Notes under the pieces: model-generated
Told to the model about the DNA's origin: nothing
Databases searched by the model: none
What the model saw: only the letters and a program-made list of their open reading frames with translations
Made by a program: the position numbers and the translations under genes
Source of the DNA: Eledone cirrhosa
Lineage: Eukaryota
Direction: 5' to 3'
NCBI GenBank assembly: GCA_964016885.1
Contig: OZ024747.1
Span: forward strand, 44,888,001-44,952,000
Length of the DNA stretch: 64,000 bases
In this document: positions 28,357 to 40,180 of the stretch, piece by piece
How the letters are laid out: the number at the start of each line of letters is the position of its first letter
Position numbering within the stretch: position 1 is the first letter of the stretch

Positions 28357-28448
28357 CCACCACCACCACCACCACCACCACCAACAACAACACCACCGTC
28401 ACTGCCACCACCACCACCACCAACAACAACAACACCACCACCACCACC

Positions 28449-28480
<32 letters not shown>

Positions 28481-28710
28481 CACCACCGTCACTGCCACCA
28501 CTACCACCACCACCACCAACAACAACACTGCCACCACCACCACCACCACCATCACCAACAACAACAACACCGCCGCCACCACCACCACCACCAACAACAA
28601 TAACACCGCCACCACCACCAGCACCAGTACCACCACCACCAACAACAACACCGCCACCGCCACCGCCACCACCACCACCACCACTGCCACCACCACCACC
28701 GCCGCCACCA
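27670..28710. repeat. Compound (CCA)n/(CAA)n trinucleotide array
   Basis: Alternating cca and caa runs with a recurring CACCGTCACTGC anchor. Confidence 0.95.
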
Positions 28711-28906
28711 ATATTATTATTATATCTCTTGTAGTTTCATACTGCAACATTTGGTGCACCTCCACTTTCCTGAGGTATGTGCAGTATTGTGTGGTGCTAT
28801 TTTTTGTGGGGTTGCAGGAATATGGACTCCCTTTGTTAGTCTACTGCATCAGTAATGTATAGTTTATAGTTTCTTTTGTTATTGTATTGGGTGTTTATCT
28901 TGAAAA

Positions 28907-28941
<35 letters not shown>

Positions 28942-29050
28942 TAAACGGAAGAGAAAATGCTGACAAATTGTTCAGTGAAAAATAGTTTAATTAGGAATAA
29001 GTGAGAATTAGTAATAGTATTGGTTAGTATTGAGTTTTGGTTTTAAGTTT

Positions 29051-30364
29051 TGGATAATTACCACAATCAACTCCCACAACGCATCAAAAAAGAATTCGTG
29101 ATAGAGGGACTCAAATTTATCTTGGAGAACAATTACTTCGTTTTCTATAACAAACCCTACAGGCAGAAATCTGGGACCGCTATGGGAACGAAAACAGCCC
29201 CCACTTATGCCAACCTAGTCATGGGATACCTGGAAATCACCCTCTACACTAAAGTCCTAAACAAATTTGTAAACACTCTCCACTTACACATAGAAAGGAA
29301 CTGGAAGCGATATCTAGATGACTGCTTCATCCTTTGGCACGAAAACATCGAGAAACTTAAAGAATTTCACACCCTTATAAATGGGCTCAACACGAATATT
29401 AACTTCACGATGGAATACAGCGATCAACAACTCCCCTTCCTCGACATCCTCATTAAGATCTATAACAAAAAATAGAAACAGACATATACTACAAGCCCAC
29501 AGACTCCAAGCAATATCTTCCTTTCAACTCTTGCCACCCTAGACACGTTAAAATTAATATTCCCTACAACTTAGCCAAGAGAATCTGTACTATAGTCTCC
29601 AATAAAAACACCAGCTACTTACGGCTACAAGAACTAAAGGATACACTCATAGGCAGAGACTACCCTGCATCACTAATTGACAATGGAATCCAACGTGCCC
29701 TAAAACTCAGTACCTTAGACACCCTAAAGTAAATCAACCGAAACTAAAAGCTCTTCCATACATCTCCACACACAACCCCCTCAACAATGAGGCCTTTGAC
29801 ACCATCCTCCAGAACATCCCTGTGTTGAAAAAGGACCATAGAATGAATCAAATCCTACGAACACACGATATCATAAAGAGCAAAAGACAATCTAAGTCAA
29901 TGAAAAACATCCTAACACATGCCAAAGTACTGCCAACCACAACAACGAAACCCACAGTAAAAAAATGCGATAGACCCAACTGTGGCATTTGCATCAACCT
30001 AATAGAGGGTTCGGAATTCTATTTCAAAGAAGGACAACGTTTTATAGTAAAACACAATTTCACATGCGCATCAAAAAATCTAATATATGTATTAACTTGC
30101 TCAGGTTGTCGAGAACAATACATAGGCCAGACCAAAAACAGCCTCCGCCAATGCATAACTGTCCATAGATCCCAAATTAAAATACGGGAATACAGGAAAA
30201 TACCACTGAGTGAACACATTGATATCTGTGCCGCCCAAAATCATCCCAACTTCAGAATCTTTCCCCTCTACAAATTTAAAGATAATGCCACCCACATCCA
30301 GCGCATCAGCAAGGAATCTTACTTTATTAACAAATACGGACCCCGTCTAAACACTTCTCCCTAA
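29051..30364 (+). pseudogene. Disrupted PLE RT and GIY-YIG endonuclease ORF
   Basis: GTAMGTKTAPTYANL, RYLDD, LPFLD, YYKPTD..CHP, Cys linker CDRPNCGIC, IYVLTCSGCREQYIGQT; stop at 29473-29475 and a later frameshift. Confidence 0.92.
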
Positions 30365-30579
30365 GACGAATCCACAACATACACACGTCAACATACATAC
30401 CTACATCAGCACACATCTCTACCCACATATAAACACAATGACATACGTAAACACACATGTTCTATGGTGCAACACAAATATACACAAATTTTCATACCTT
30501 TTGATGTCTATAGATATAAACGTGCCGACACACACACATACATAAACGCACACATGCATTGCACACTGATGGGCACATA

Positions 30580-30850
30580 CATATTTGTGCACAGGTGTTC
30601 CAATACGGCAAAGCCTAATGAATTCCCCTTGCAGTACGTACAATCTGGACACACTCCAGATACATATTTGTACACAAGTATACAATTTCTGGACACACTC
30701 CAGATACATGTGTACAATTTGTGCACAAGTATACAATTTGTGCGCAGGTATACAATTTCTGGACACACTCCAGATACATATTTGTGCACAGGTATTCCAA
30801 TACGGCAAGGCCTAATGGATCCCCTTGCAGTACGTACAATCTGGACACAC
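30580..30850 (+). repeat. Internal duplications in the PLE 3' region
   Basis: CTGGACACACTCCAGATACAT three times; CCAATACGGCAA..CCCCTTGCAGTACGTACAATCTGG twice. Confidence 0.85.
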
Positions 30851-31008
30851 ACACACACACTCACACACACCTTGGTATTATGCCAATACTATATATCATT
30901 TCACACCTTTTATTATCAAGGTTTTTGATGTTCTATTGAGAGAATCGATTTTACTGAACATATCGAATAATGTACACCATTTTACCAGAAAAAAATACTG
31001 GTCCACCC

Positions 31009-31056
<48 letters not shown>

Positions 31057-31415
31057 TCTCACACACACACACACATATATACACACACATATACATACGC
31101 GTACATTAACATACAAAAAGACATATACACACACACTTCTCCGTATAAGACAAGAGCTGAAAAATATCTTTTAACATGTTAAAATATCCCCCACACACTG
31201 ACAGACACATTCCTACTGACCATCCCTCTACCACGAATTACTCTGCTACACACACACACACTTGTCTTAATAGGCATTTGAACAGTCAACAGGCTGCGGT
31301 TCGCACACACATCCCTGCTGACCATTATCACAACAACGAACCTCTTTACTACTACTACACACACACATATTTGTTGTGAAAGACTTATTTCTCAGTCAGC
31401 CGACACAAACCTACA

Positions 31416-31553
31416 TTTGGCGCAAAATTAATTGTTTACATTCACATGACCTCTACCAACCAATCAAAATTGTTTTGACCACAAGAATTTTTGCAACACG
31501 AATTGGCGCAAAACTTATTTTAATACCGCTGGAGCCACTTTTTTAACATAAAA
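31416..31553 (+). promoter_or_regulatory. Putative pLTR promoter motifs
   Basis: TTGGCGCAAAA twice (E2F-like), TCACATGAC E-box, CCAAT at 31460 and CATAAAA, all upstream of the HHR-like motif. Confidence 0.35.
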
Positions 31554-31618
31554 ACAGGTAGAATTCCCAAAACTAATCAGATCAGAGCAAACATCACGGA
31601 CGCTCTATCTCAAAATTA

Positions 31619-31654
31619 TTTTTGAAAAGCATTAGAAATGCGCAACCGGTAAAA
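31619..31654 (+). ncRNA. Minimal type I hammerhead-like motif (U3:A8 core, A13C change)
   Basis: ttt-TTGAAAA-gcatt aga aatgc-GCA-ACCGGT-A-aaa. Confidence 0.55.
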
Positions 31655-31803
31655 CTTAAAACCCCAAAACTGAATACTAACCAATACTATTACTAATTCT
31701 CACTTATTCCTAATTAAACTATTTTTCACTGTGAACAATTTGTCAGCATTTTCTATTCCGTTTACCAATATATAATAACTTGTGTGTTACACCTCTATTC
31801 TTT

Positions 31804-31894
<91 letters not shown>

Positions 31895-32190
31895 TCATCA
31901 TCACCATCATTACCGTTTTACATCCATTCTTCCATTCTAACATGGGTTAGACAGGTTGTCCTGTCGTGGGCAGTGTCCGGTTGGCTGACCTTGTCATATA
32001 TATGTATATATAAATAAATAAATACATATACATATAAATATATATATATATATATATATATGCAAAGTTTTATTTAAATTGTTGGGTTACAACGAGTAAA
32101 TATTTATAACTGATATAAAAGCACTCAACAAGTATTTGGAGTATATTTACGATATTAAATAAATGGAAACTATATTTATAAAACCATATT

Positions 32191-32256
32191 TATTTCATTA
32201 TATATATTTCAGGGATATCATATTAAAAATATGGTATGCCTTCATCAGACAAAATA
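32191..32256 (-). ncRNA. Type I hammerhead ribozyme
   Basis: tattttgt-CTGATGA-aggcataccatatt ttt aatatgatatccct-GAA-ATATATAT-A-atgaaata. Confidence 0.75.
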
Positions 32257-32618
32257 CAATATAAACAGTCTTATAAATAGATAGATTTGACATACCTTAC
32301 AGCTTCAACTTCCATTTAAAAAGTTGATTTGGTAGTGAAAAATGTTAGGGACAGTTATAAAAAGAAAGAAAGAAAGAAAACGAAGAAAAAGAAAAAATGC
32401 ATTCAACGAAAAACAGAGAGAGAGAGATATAGAGAGATAGCTGTTTTCTCTCCTAACCACATATATCTCTCTCTACCTTAATACTAGAACTAAATAAATA
32501 AATAAATAAATAAATATATCATTGATACGTCATTCAACTGGTGACCAACTACCTATTTTCTTTCTCCCTATCTCTATCTATATCTATCTCTCTCTATTTT
32601 TTTATTCTCTCTCTCTCT

Positions 32619-32663
<45 letters not shown>

Positions 32664-32914
32664 CCCTTTGTGTTTTTTCTCTCTCTATCTATCTCTCTCT
32701 GTGTTTTTTCTTTACATGAATTTCTTCTCTCTATCTATCTCTCTATATCTATCTCTCTCTGTTTTTCGTTGCATGCATTTCCTCTTTTTCTTCGCTTTCT
32801 TTCTTTCTTTTTATAACTGTCCCTAACATTTTTCACTACCAAATCAACTTTTTAAATGGAAGTTGAAGCTGTAAGGTATGTCAAATCTATCTATTTATAA
32901 GACTGTTTATATTG

Positions 32915-32980
32915 TATTTTGTCTGATGAAGGCATACCATATTTTTAATATGATATCTCTGAAATATATATAATGAAATA
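32915..32980 (+). ncRNA. Type I hammerhead ribozyme
   Basis: Same motif on the plus strand; 8-bp stem I with two G-U pairs, long stem II, palindromic stem III. Confidence 0.72.
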
Positions 32981-33020
32981 AATATGGTTTTATAAATATA
33001 GTTTCCATTTATTTAATATC

Positions 33021-33091
<71 letters not shown>

Positions 33092-33095
<4 letters not shown>

Positions 33096-35322
33096 AAGAC
33101 GATTTAGAGACGTATGACAGATAATAACTGGAATTTCTTACGTGACAACTTGCTGCAGGCTACTGATGAAACCTGTGGCTGGAGCAGAGCTCCAACCAGA
33201 CAGAGAGTGACCTGGTGGTGGAACAGCACAGTAGATAAGGGTATTAGAGACAAAAGACTAGCATGGAAGGCGTGGAAAAAGGGTGGGAGTAGGGAAGAAT
33301 ATACAGCCACTAAGAGAGAAGATAGATGTCAGGTGTACTTAGCACGCAGGGAGGCAGAGAGTAGGAGGTTTGCCAATGTTCTGCGACGGGAAGATCAGAG
33401 GCGTGCGGTGTTCCATATTGCAAGGCAGTGTGTCAATGCAAATCAGGATGTTGTTGGAGATAAATGTATCCGGGATGATGCCGGTGTACTTAGTGTCACG
33501 AATGACCAGAAAAAGGAGGCCTGGAAATGTCATTATGAGAGACTGATGAATGTAGAGAACGAATGGGAGAGAGAGAAATTACCCTTGGTAGATCCGACAG
33601 AGGGACCAGCTATTGAGATTGACGAATATAGGGTCCAAGAGGCGATTAGGGAAATGAAAAATGGTAAGGCGGCCGGACCATCGGGAATAGTTGCTGAGAT
33701 GCTGAAGGCATCAGGGGACGTAGGCACTAAACTGGTTGCACGCATCATCAATCAGGCTATATATGGTGGTGTCGTACCCAAAGACTGGTGCAGCAGTATT
33801 CTCATAAATTGCTACAAAGGTAAAGGGGATGCTTTGGAGAGGAGCAATTATAGGGGTATAAAACTGATAGATCAGGTTATGAAAGTGGCAGAAAGGATAT
33901 TAGCACAACTAATTAGAGAAAGGGTCAACTAGATGAGATGCAGTTTGGTTTTGTGCCTGGGAAGAGTACCACAGATGCCCTCTTCTTGGTGAGACAATTG
34001 CAAGAGAGGTTCTTAGAGAAGAATAAGCCACTATACTTAGCCTTTGTTGACCTAGAGAAGACCTTTGATAGGGTACCCCGATCTGTCATCTGGTGGTCCC
34101 TAAGGAAGCTAGGTGTTGAGGAATGGCTTGTGAGGACAGTGCAAACTTTGTACAGAGGTACTCTCAGTAAAGTCAGGGTAGGAATGGAGTTTAGTGAGGA
34201 ATTCCAGATACAAGTAGGTATACATCAGGGTCAGTCCTCAGCCCACTCTTGTTCATTATAGTCCTCCAAGCCATAACAGAGGAGTTTAAGACTGGCTGTC
34301 CATGGGAACTTCTCTATGCTGACGATCTGGTTCTTATAGAAGAATTAGTAGAGGAGCTAGAGAATAAATTCTGGCTATGGAAACAACAGTTGGAAGCAAG
34401 AAGACTGAGAGTGAATCTAGCTAAGACAAAAGTGTTGATGAGTAGAAAAGAGGACAAAACCCTGATTCCGTCAGGGAAATGGCCATGTTCGATATGCAGA
34501 AAAGGAACTGGCATAAATTCTATAAATTGCACACAATGCAGATCCGGGCTACACAAGAGATGTAGCGGGATAGCAGGCAAACTAACAGGTAGGGAGAAAT
34601 ATGTATGCAGTAGATGTACAGGGAAATTAGACAGAAGAAGTCGCACTGATGGACACATTTTTCAAATGCAAGAGGGCGCTATAGAAGTGGTGGATAGCTT
34701 CCAGTACCTAGGAGATCAGATTAGCATGGGAGGAGGGTGTTCTGAGGCCATAGCATCTAGAATAAGGATGGGTTGGAAGAAGTTTAGGGAGCTGCTTCCT
34801 CTGTTGACGAAGAAGGGTTTCTCCCTGCGTACGAAAGGCCGGTTGTATGATGCCTGTGTGAGGAGCGCGATGCTGCATGGTAGTGAGACATGGGCAGCAA
34901 CTGCAGAGGATATGTGATGGCTGGAGAGAAATGAGGCAAGCATGCTCCGTTGGATGTGTAGTGTAAATGTGCGTGAACGACCCAGCATAAATGTGTTGAG
35001 AGAGAAACTGTGTCTGAGAGGGATAGAATGTAGTGTACGGGAGAAGAGACTGAGGTGGTATGGACATGTGATGCGCATGGAGGATGACCGATGGGTGAAG
35101 AAGTGCCAGGAATTGCCAGTTGAAGGAAGACGTGGTAGAGGTAGACCACGAAAAACATGGGCAGAGGTGGTTAGAACAGACCCCAGATCATTGAAGCTCA
35201 CGGTGGAGATGACGAGGGACCGTGACGAGTGGAGAGATGCTGTGCTGAATAAGACCCGTCCCACCCTTGCAAGCAGGGAAAAGCGGACGTAAAATGATAA
35301 TGATGATGATGATGATGATGAT
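33092..35322 (+). mobile_element. 5'-truncated, frameshifted RTE LINE
   Basis: NYRGIKL, QFGF, DLEKTFD, LYADD, GSETW, RLRWYGHV, GRGRPRKTW; (GAT)n tail. Confidence 0.95.
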
Positions 35323-35324
35323 AA

Positions 35325-35679
35325 GGGATAACAAAATATCGTTATAGGTAATCCAGTTAGAGGTTGTGAATACTCAGTATTGTGGATAGTTTTAGCGTAC
35401 GGCGTTGTTTGACTCAACAAGAGGTTTCCGTAGTAAATAAATATAATTCCTATGTAAATTTATCTTGGAGTAATAATATTGAAAGAGTGAAGAATAACAT
35501 GGTCAACAGTACAAAAGAGTCCTTTCTGATGATCTGGTTAAGCTGACATCGTATTTAAAATTGAGTGGCACAGTTTCAAGTGTTCAGCAATTTTTAAACA
35601 ACTTAATCAGTGAAACAATTGTTAAGACTGTAAATAAAACCCTTTTTTGTACTGTTGACCATGTTATTTTTCACTCTTT

Positions 35680-35685
<6 letters not shown>
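35325..35685. mobile_element. Fold-back pLTR-like remnant
   Basis: 35476-35518 is an inverted copy of about 35643-35685; HHR in between; homologous to 43022-43260. Confidence 0.7.
35523..35626 (+). ncRNA. Type I hammerhead motif with weak stem I
   Basis: ttt-CTGATGA-t ctggttaag...cttaatcag t-GAA-ACAATTGT-T-aag. Confidence 0.6.
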
Positions 35686-35715
<30 letters not shown>

Positions 35716-35717
<2 letters not shown>

Positions 35718-37350
35718 CACAGTTGATTAGGGACCGGGTGAAACTAGATGAGGTGCAATTTGGGTTTGTGCCAAGAAGAGGCACCACTGATGCCGTCTTC
35801 CTTGTGAGGCAGTTACAGGAAAAGTACCTAGCTAAAAGTAAGCCACTCTACATGGCATTCGTCGATCTCGAGAAAGCCTTTGACAGAGTTCCACATGCTA
35901 TCATCTGGTGGGCTCTTAGAAAACTAGGAGTAGATGAATGGCTTGTGAAAGCTGTACAAGCCATGTATAGGGGAGCAGTCAGCAAAGTTAGGATTAGCAC
36001 TGAGTATAGCGAGGAATTTAGCATACAGGTCGGTGTCCACCAGGGCTTTGTTCTTAGCTCTCCCTTGTTCATCAAAGTCCTGCAGGCAATAATGGAGGAG
36101 TTTAAGACCAGATGCTCATGGGAACTCCTGTATGCAGATGACCTCGCACTTATAGCTGAATCTATGGTAGAACTAGAGAAGAAATTCCAAACTTGGAAGC
36201 AGGGACTAGAAAGAAAGGGTCTCAAAGTCAATCTGACAAAGAATAAGGTCCTTGTAAGTAGACGAGAAAACAGAACACAGATCCCCTCAGGGAAATGGCC
36301 TTGCTCAGTATGTAGGAAAGGTGTAGGTAGGAACTCCATTCTCTGCCCCAAATGCAAACAATGGGTACACAAGAGATGTAGCGGGATCTCCGGAAGCTTA
36401 ACTAAGAATGTAGGCTTCACATGTAGCAGCTGTGCTGGGACAGCAAGCAGCAAACAGCCACAGGAAACAAGTACCACCAAACTCTGGGAGGGTTCTGTAG
36501 AAACAGTAGACAGCTTCTGCTATCTAGGTGACCGAATTAGCAGTGGAGGTGGGTGTTCGGAAAGTACAATAACTAGGGTAAGAACGGGATGGAAGAAGTT
36601 CAGGGAGTTACTGCCACTGCTAGCTGCAAAAGGCTTTTCCCTCAAAATGAAAGGCAGACTGTATGATGCATGTATCCGAACAGCAATGTTACATGGTAGT
36701 GAGACCTGGGCGATGAAGGTGGCAGACTTATGTAGATTAGAAAGAAACAAAGCCTGCATGCTCCGATGGATGTGTAATAGTAATATATGCGAATGGCAAA
36801 GCATAAATCAATTGAGAGAGAGACTGAGCATAAAAGGAATCAAACGCTGTGTGCAGGAGAGGCGATTTCGTTGGTATGGACATGTGATGCGTATGAAGGA
36901 TGACAGCTGCATAAAAAGGTGCAGAGTACTAGAAGTCAATGGAAACCGTGGAGTGGGGAAACCCAAGAAGATCTGGGATGAGGTGATAAAAGCCGACCTT
37001 ACCCAATTGCAACTCTCAGAGGTGATGACACACGACCGTGACCGCTGGCATCACACAGTAATGCAGAACCCGACCCCCCACGGGTACAAACCACAGCTGA
37101 AGCATATAGACAATATGCCCCCACACCCTCCCACTGTAAAGTGGTCGTGGAGGTGCCACGGAAAAAAAGCACCCACCACCCACTGTAAATGAGGTTGGTG
37201 TCAGGAAGGGCATCCAGCTGTAGAAATCAAGCCAGAATCAGTTCCCGTATGAGCAAGACATAGTTAGTCGACCAGACACTGCCCACAACAGGACAACCTG
37301 TCTAACCCATGCTACTGTGGAAGAATGGACGTAAAACGGTGATGATGATG
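35716..37350 (+). mobile_element. 5'-truncated RTE LINE, second subfamily, ending in a SINE-shared 3' region
   Basis: Open frame with QFGF, DLEKAFD, GVHQG, LYADD, GSETW, RWYGHV; 37130-37350 matches the SINE body and ends in (GAT)n. Confidence 0.95.
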
Positions 37351-37589
37351 ATATATATGTATATATATATATAATGTCACTGGTGCCAAGTCATATCACC
37401 CATTGCCTTTCCCTCAGACAACATCGGTGACATGGGGAGGGGAGTCTGGTATGCAAGGTCGACTGCTGATTTTCCACAAACAACTTTGCACCTAGAAAGT
37501 TCCCTTCTAAGTCAGGGGAACTTTCAAAGTGCAAATCCTATGGTCAATTGTGACCGAAGGGGGGTCTTTACTCTACCCTATATGTATTT

Positions 37590-37819
37590 TTTTTTGGAAC
37601 GATCCACTTTCATCAAATCGGACCGAGGAAACAATGTTTCCGTTGGTCATTCCAATTGCTAATACTATCTATCGGTCACAACTCCAGGTAGAAGGAGCAA
37701 CGTGAAATAAAGTGTCTTGCTCAAGGTGTGTTTGGGATTAACGCATCACCCGGTCCGGGAATCAAACTGACAACCTCCCGATTGCGAATCCAATTCCTAA
37801 CCACTCAGCCCCGTGCCTT
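37590..37819 (-). mobile_element. tRNA-derived SINE 5' part
   Basis: Minus strand GGCTGAGTGGTTAGG A-box, GTTTGATTCC B-box-like, TTGAGCAAGACACTTT core; similar to 38645-38758. Confidence 0.7.
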
Positions 37820-37826
37820 TAATATA

Positions 37827-38410
37827 TTGGGATTCGAAACCGATCGGTAAAGGTAACTATAGTAGGTAAAGTCAATTTTTTAAAATTTATTTTGAAACTT
37901 TTTCATTATTTGCTAAACCTTGTTTATATATGTTCTGGCTCATTAATTTATTAACCTGCCATTGAACCACATTGGCATTTGGTTGGACAATACATGCGTC
38001 CCTTAGCGCCTTGTGCATGAAGGAACACATATCCTATTATTACTATTATCCTCTATTGTTGAGAAGCAAATTTGGTCGTTCCGACTGCTGCTAGTGATAG
38101 TTGCGGCCGGTTGACCTACCTCCCTCTGCCTCTATCTTTACTTCGGCCCTTGAAAAAATTGATTCCACTTCATTCACTCTCATCTCGGGAACAGTTTTGG
38201 ATAGCGCTAGTTCGTAATTTAAATTCAAGAATTTTGTATTCTTCGAATGAAAAGAACCTTCTGACGAGAATCTTTCTTTGCAACGAAGGCCGTATGGCCT
38301 CCGTTTATTTTTGGGATTCGAAACCGATCGGTAAAGGTAACTATAGTAGGTAAAGTCAATTTTTTAAAATTTGTTTTGAAACTTTTTCATTATTTGCTAA
38401 ACCTTGTTTA
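37827..38410 (+). mobile_element. Retrozyme-like element: 484-bp unit, about 1.2 tandem copies
   Basis: 37827-37926 is repeated at 38311-38410; carries an HHR; non-coding; TA-rich flanks. Confidence 0.8.
38256..38338 (+). ncRNA. Canonical type I hammerhead ribozyme
   Basis: acctt-CTGACGA-gaatc...gattc-GAA-ACCGATCGGT-A-aaggt; predicted cut after A38333. Confidence 0.9.
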
Positions 38411-38426
38411 TATATATATATATATC

Positions 38427-38758
38427 ATCACCATCATCATCATTTTAAGTCCGCTATTCCCTGCTTGCAAGGGTGGGACGGGAACTGATTCTGGGTTGAT
38501 TTCTACAGCTGGATGCCCTTCCTAACACCAACCTCATTTACAGTGCGTGTTGGGTGCTTTTTTGCCGTGGCGCCTCCACGACCACTTTGCAGAGGAATGA
38601 TAGGGACCCCAGTCCTATCATCTAATTTCTACAGCTGAGTAAACTGGAGCAATGTGAAATAAAGTGTCTTGCTCAAGGACACAACACATCACCCGTTCTG
38701 AGAATTGAACTCACAACCTTTCGATTGCAAGCCCAATGCTCTAACCACTACGTGCCTT
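38427..38758 (-). mobile_element. Full-length tRNA-derived SINE with RTE tail
   Basis: tRNA-like head, TTGAGCAAGACAC core, AGGAAGGGCATCCAGC, RTE-like end with (GAT)n. Confidence 0.85.
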
Positions 38759-38771
38759 CATATTCATATAC

Positions 38772-38920
<149 letters not shown>

Positions 38921-39157
38921 ATATTTAGAAACACACAGATACATGCGGACACACACATATATACATGAATGCATCCGCACCCAACTGTGAGTTAAGGGTG
39001 CTAACTTCACCGATGTTGCTCAATGAATGACTGGGACAGACCAATTCAGTTGAACTAGACTGAACCAGTATCAGAGTTAAAAATACATTATGAAGAGAGA
39101 AGAAACATTTAGATATAATTAGTAATAAAATGTATCATACCTAAACTGCTCCTAAAT

Positions 39158-39247
39158 TCCTCGACTACGTAGTTTCGTGGCATAAACAAAAACAATATAT
39201 CATAAAGATATAGAGTCCTTGCGAGGTCTGCCGACTTATCAAGAGGA
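39158..39247 (-). ncRNA. Type I hammerhead ribozyme, U3:A8 variant
   Basis: Reverse complement of 40091-40180. Confidence 0.82.
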
Positions 39248-40090
39248 TACCTCATTTTACTAGTCTCAAGAACGCGTCTACACGACGTGAGAAAGAATCC
39301 CAAAAGGCGGAGGGGGAGATAGTCACGCGATATAACGGTCGAGAAACAGAGCTAAGCCTCTTATAACCCCGAAGAAAATACCACGGAGGCGGAGGGGGTA
39401 TTTATATCGAGGCCGTAGAAGAGGTGGTGAAGAAGGCGAGAAGTATGAGTAATGGAAGCTTTCCAGCTGTCCCCACACTTCAAAGATTGCTCGACCAGAG
39501 GGAGTTATTAACAATATATTTAGAAACACACAGATACATGCGGACACACACATATATACATGAATGCATCCGCACCCAACTGTGAGTTAAGGGTGCCAAC
39601 TTCACCGATGTTGCTCAATGAATGACTGGGACAGACCAATTCAGTTGAACTAGACTGAACCAGTATCAGAGTTAAAAATACATTATGAAGAGAGAAGAAA
39701 CATTTAGATATAATTAGTAATAAAATGTATCATACCTAAACTGCTCCTTAACTCACAGTTGGGTGCGGATGCATTCATGTATATATGTGTGTGTCCGCAT
39801 GTATCTGTGTGTTTCTAAATATATTGTTAATAACTCCCTCTGGTCGAGCAATCTTTGAAGTGTGGGGACAGCTGGAAAGCTTCCATTACTCATACTTCTC
39901 GCCTTCTTCACCACCTCTTCTACGGCCTCGATATAAATACCCCCTCCGCCTCCGTGGTATTTTCTTCGGGGTTATAAGAGGCTTAGCTCTGTTTCTCGAC
40001 CGTTATATCGCGTGACTATCTCCCCCTCCGCCTTCTGGGATTCTTTCTCACGTCGTGTAGACGCGTTCTTGAGACTAGTAAAATGAGGTA

Positions 40091-40180
40091 TCCTCTTGAT
40101 AAGTCGGCAGACCTCGCAAGGACTCTATATCTTTATGATATATTGTTTTTGTTTATGCCACGAAACTACGTAGTCGAGGA
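40091..40180 (+). ncRNA. Type I hammerhead ribozyme, U3:A8 variant
   Basis: tcctc-TTGATAA-gt(c)ggca...tgccac-GAA-ACTACGTAGT-C-gagga; predicted GUC cut after 40175. Confidence 0.82.

Larger units (their letters stand above)
28939..31807 (+). mobile_element. 5'-truncated Penelope-like element (Neptune-type) with an inverted terminal pLTR piece, inserted in (TA)n
   Basis: RT and GIY-YIG coding; 28939-29051 is an inverted copy of 31651-31768; (TA)n on both flanks. Confidence 0.93.
32061..33023. mobile_element. Non-coding fold-back pLTR-like element in (TA)n
   Basis: About 32148-32440 is an inverted copy of about 32735-33023; each arm carries an HHR. Confidence 0.8.

Noticed and set aside
27613-28734. 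Pro/Thr-rich extensin- or formin-like 373-aa ORF
   Set aside because: Pure trinucleotide array open in several frames and on both strands; no flanking domain or splice support
35561-35715. N-terminal part of the 543-aa ORF as real RTE sequence
   Set aside because: It is read-through from the pLTR remnant and (TA)n; RTE homology starts near 35716
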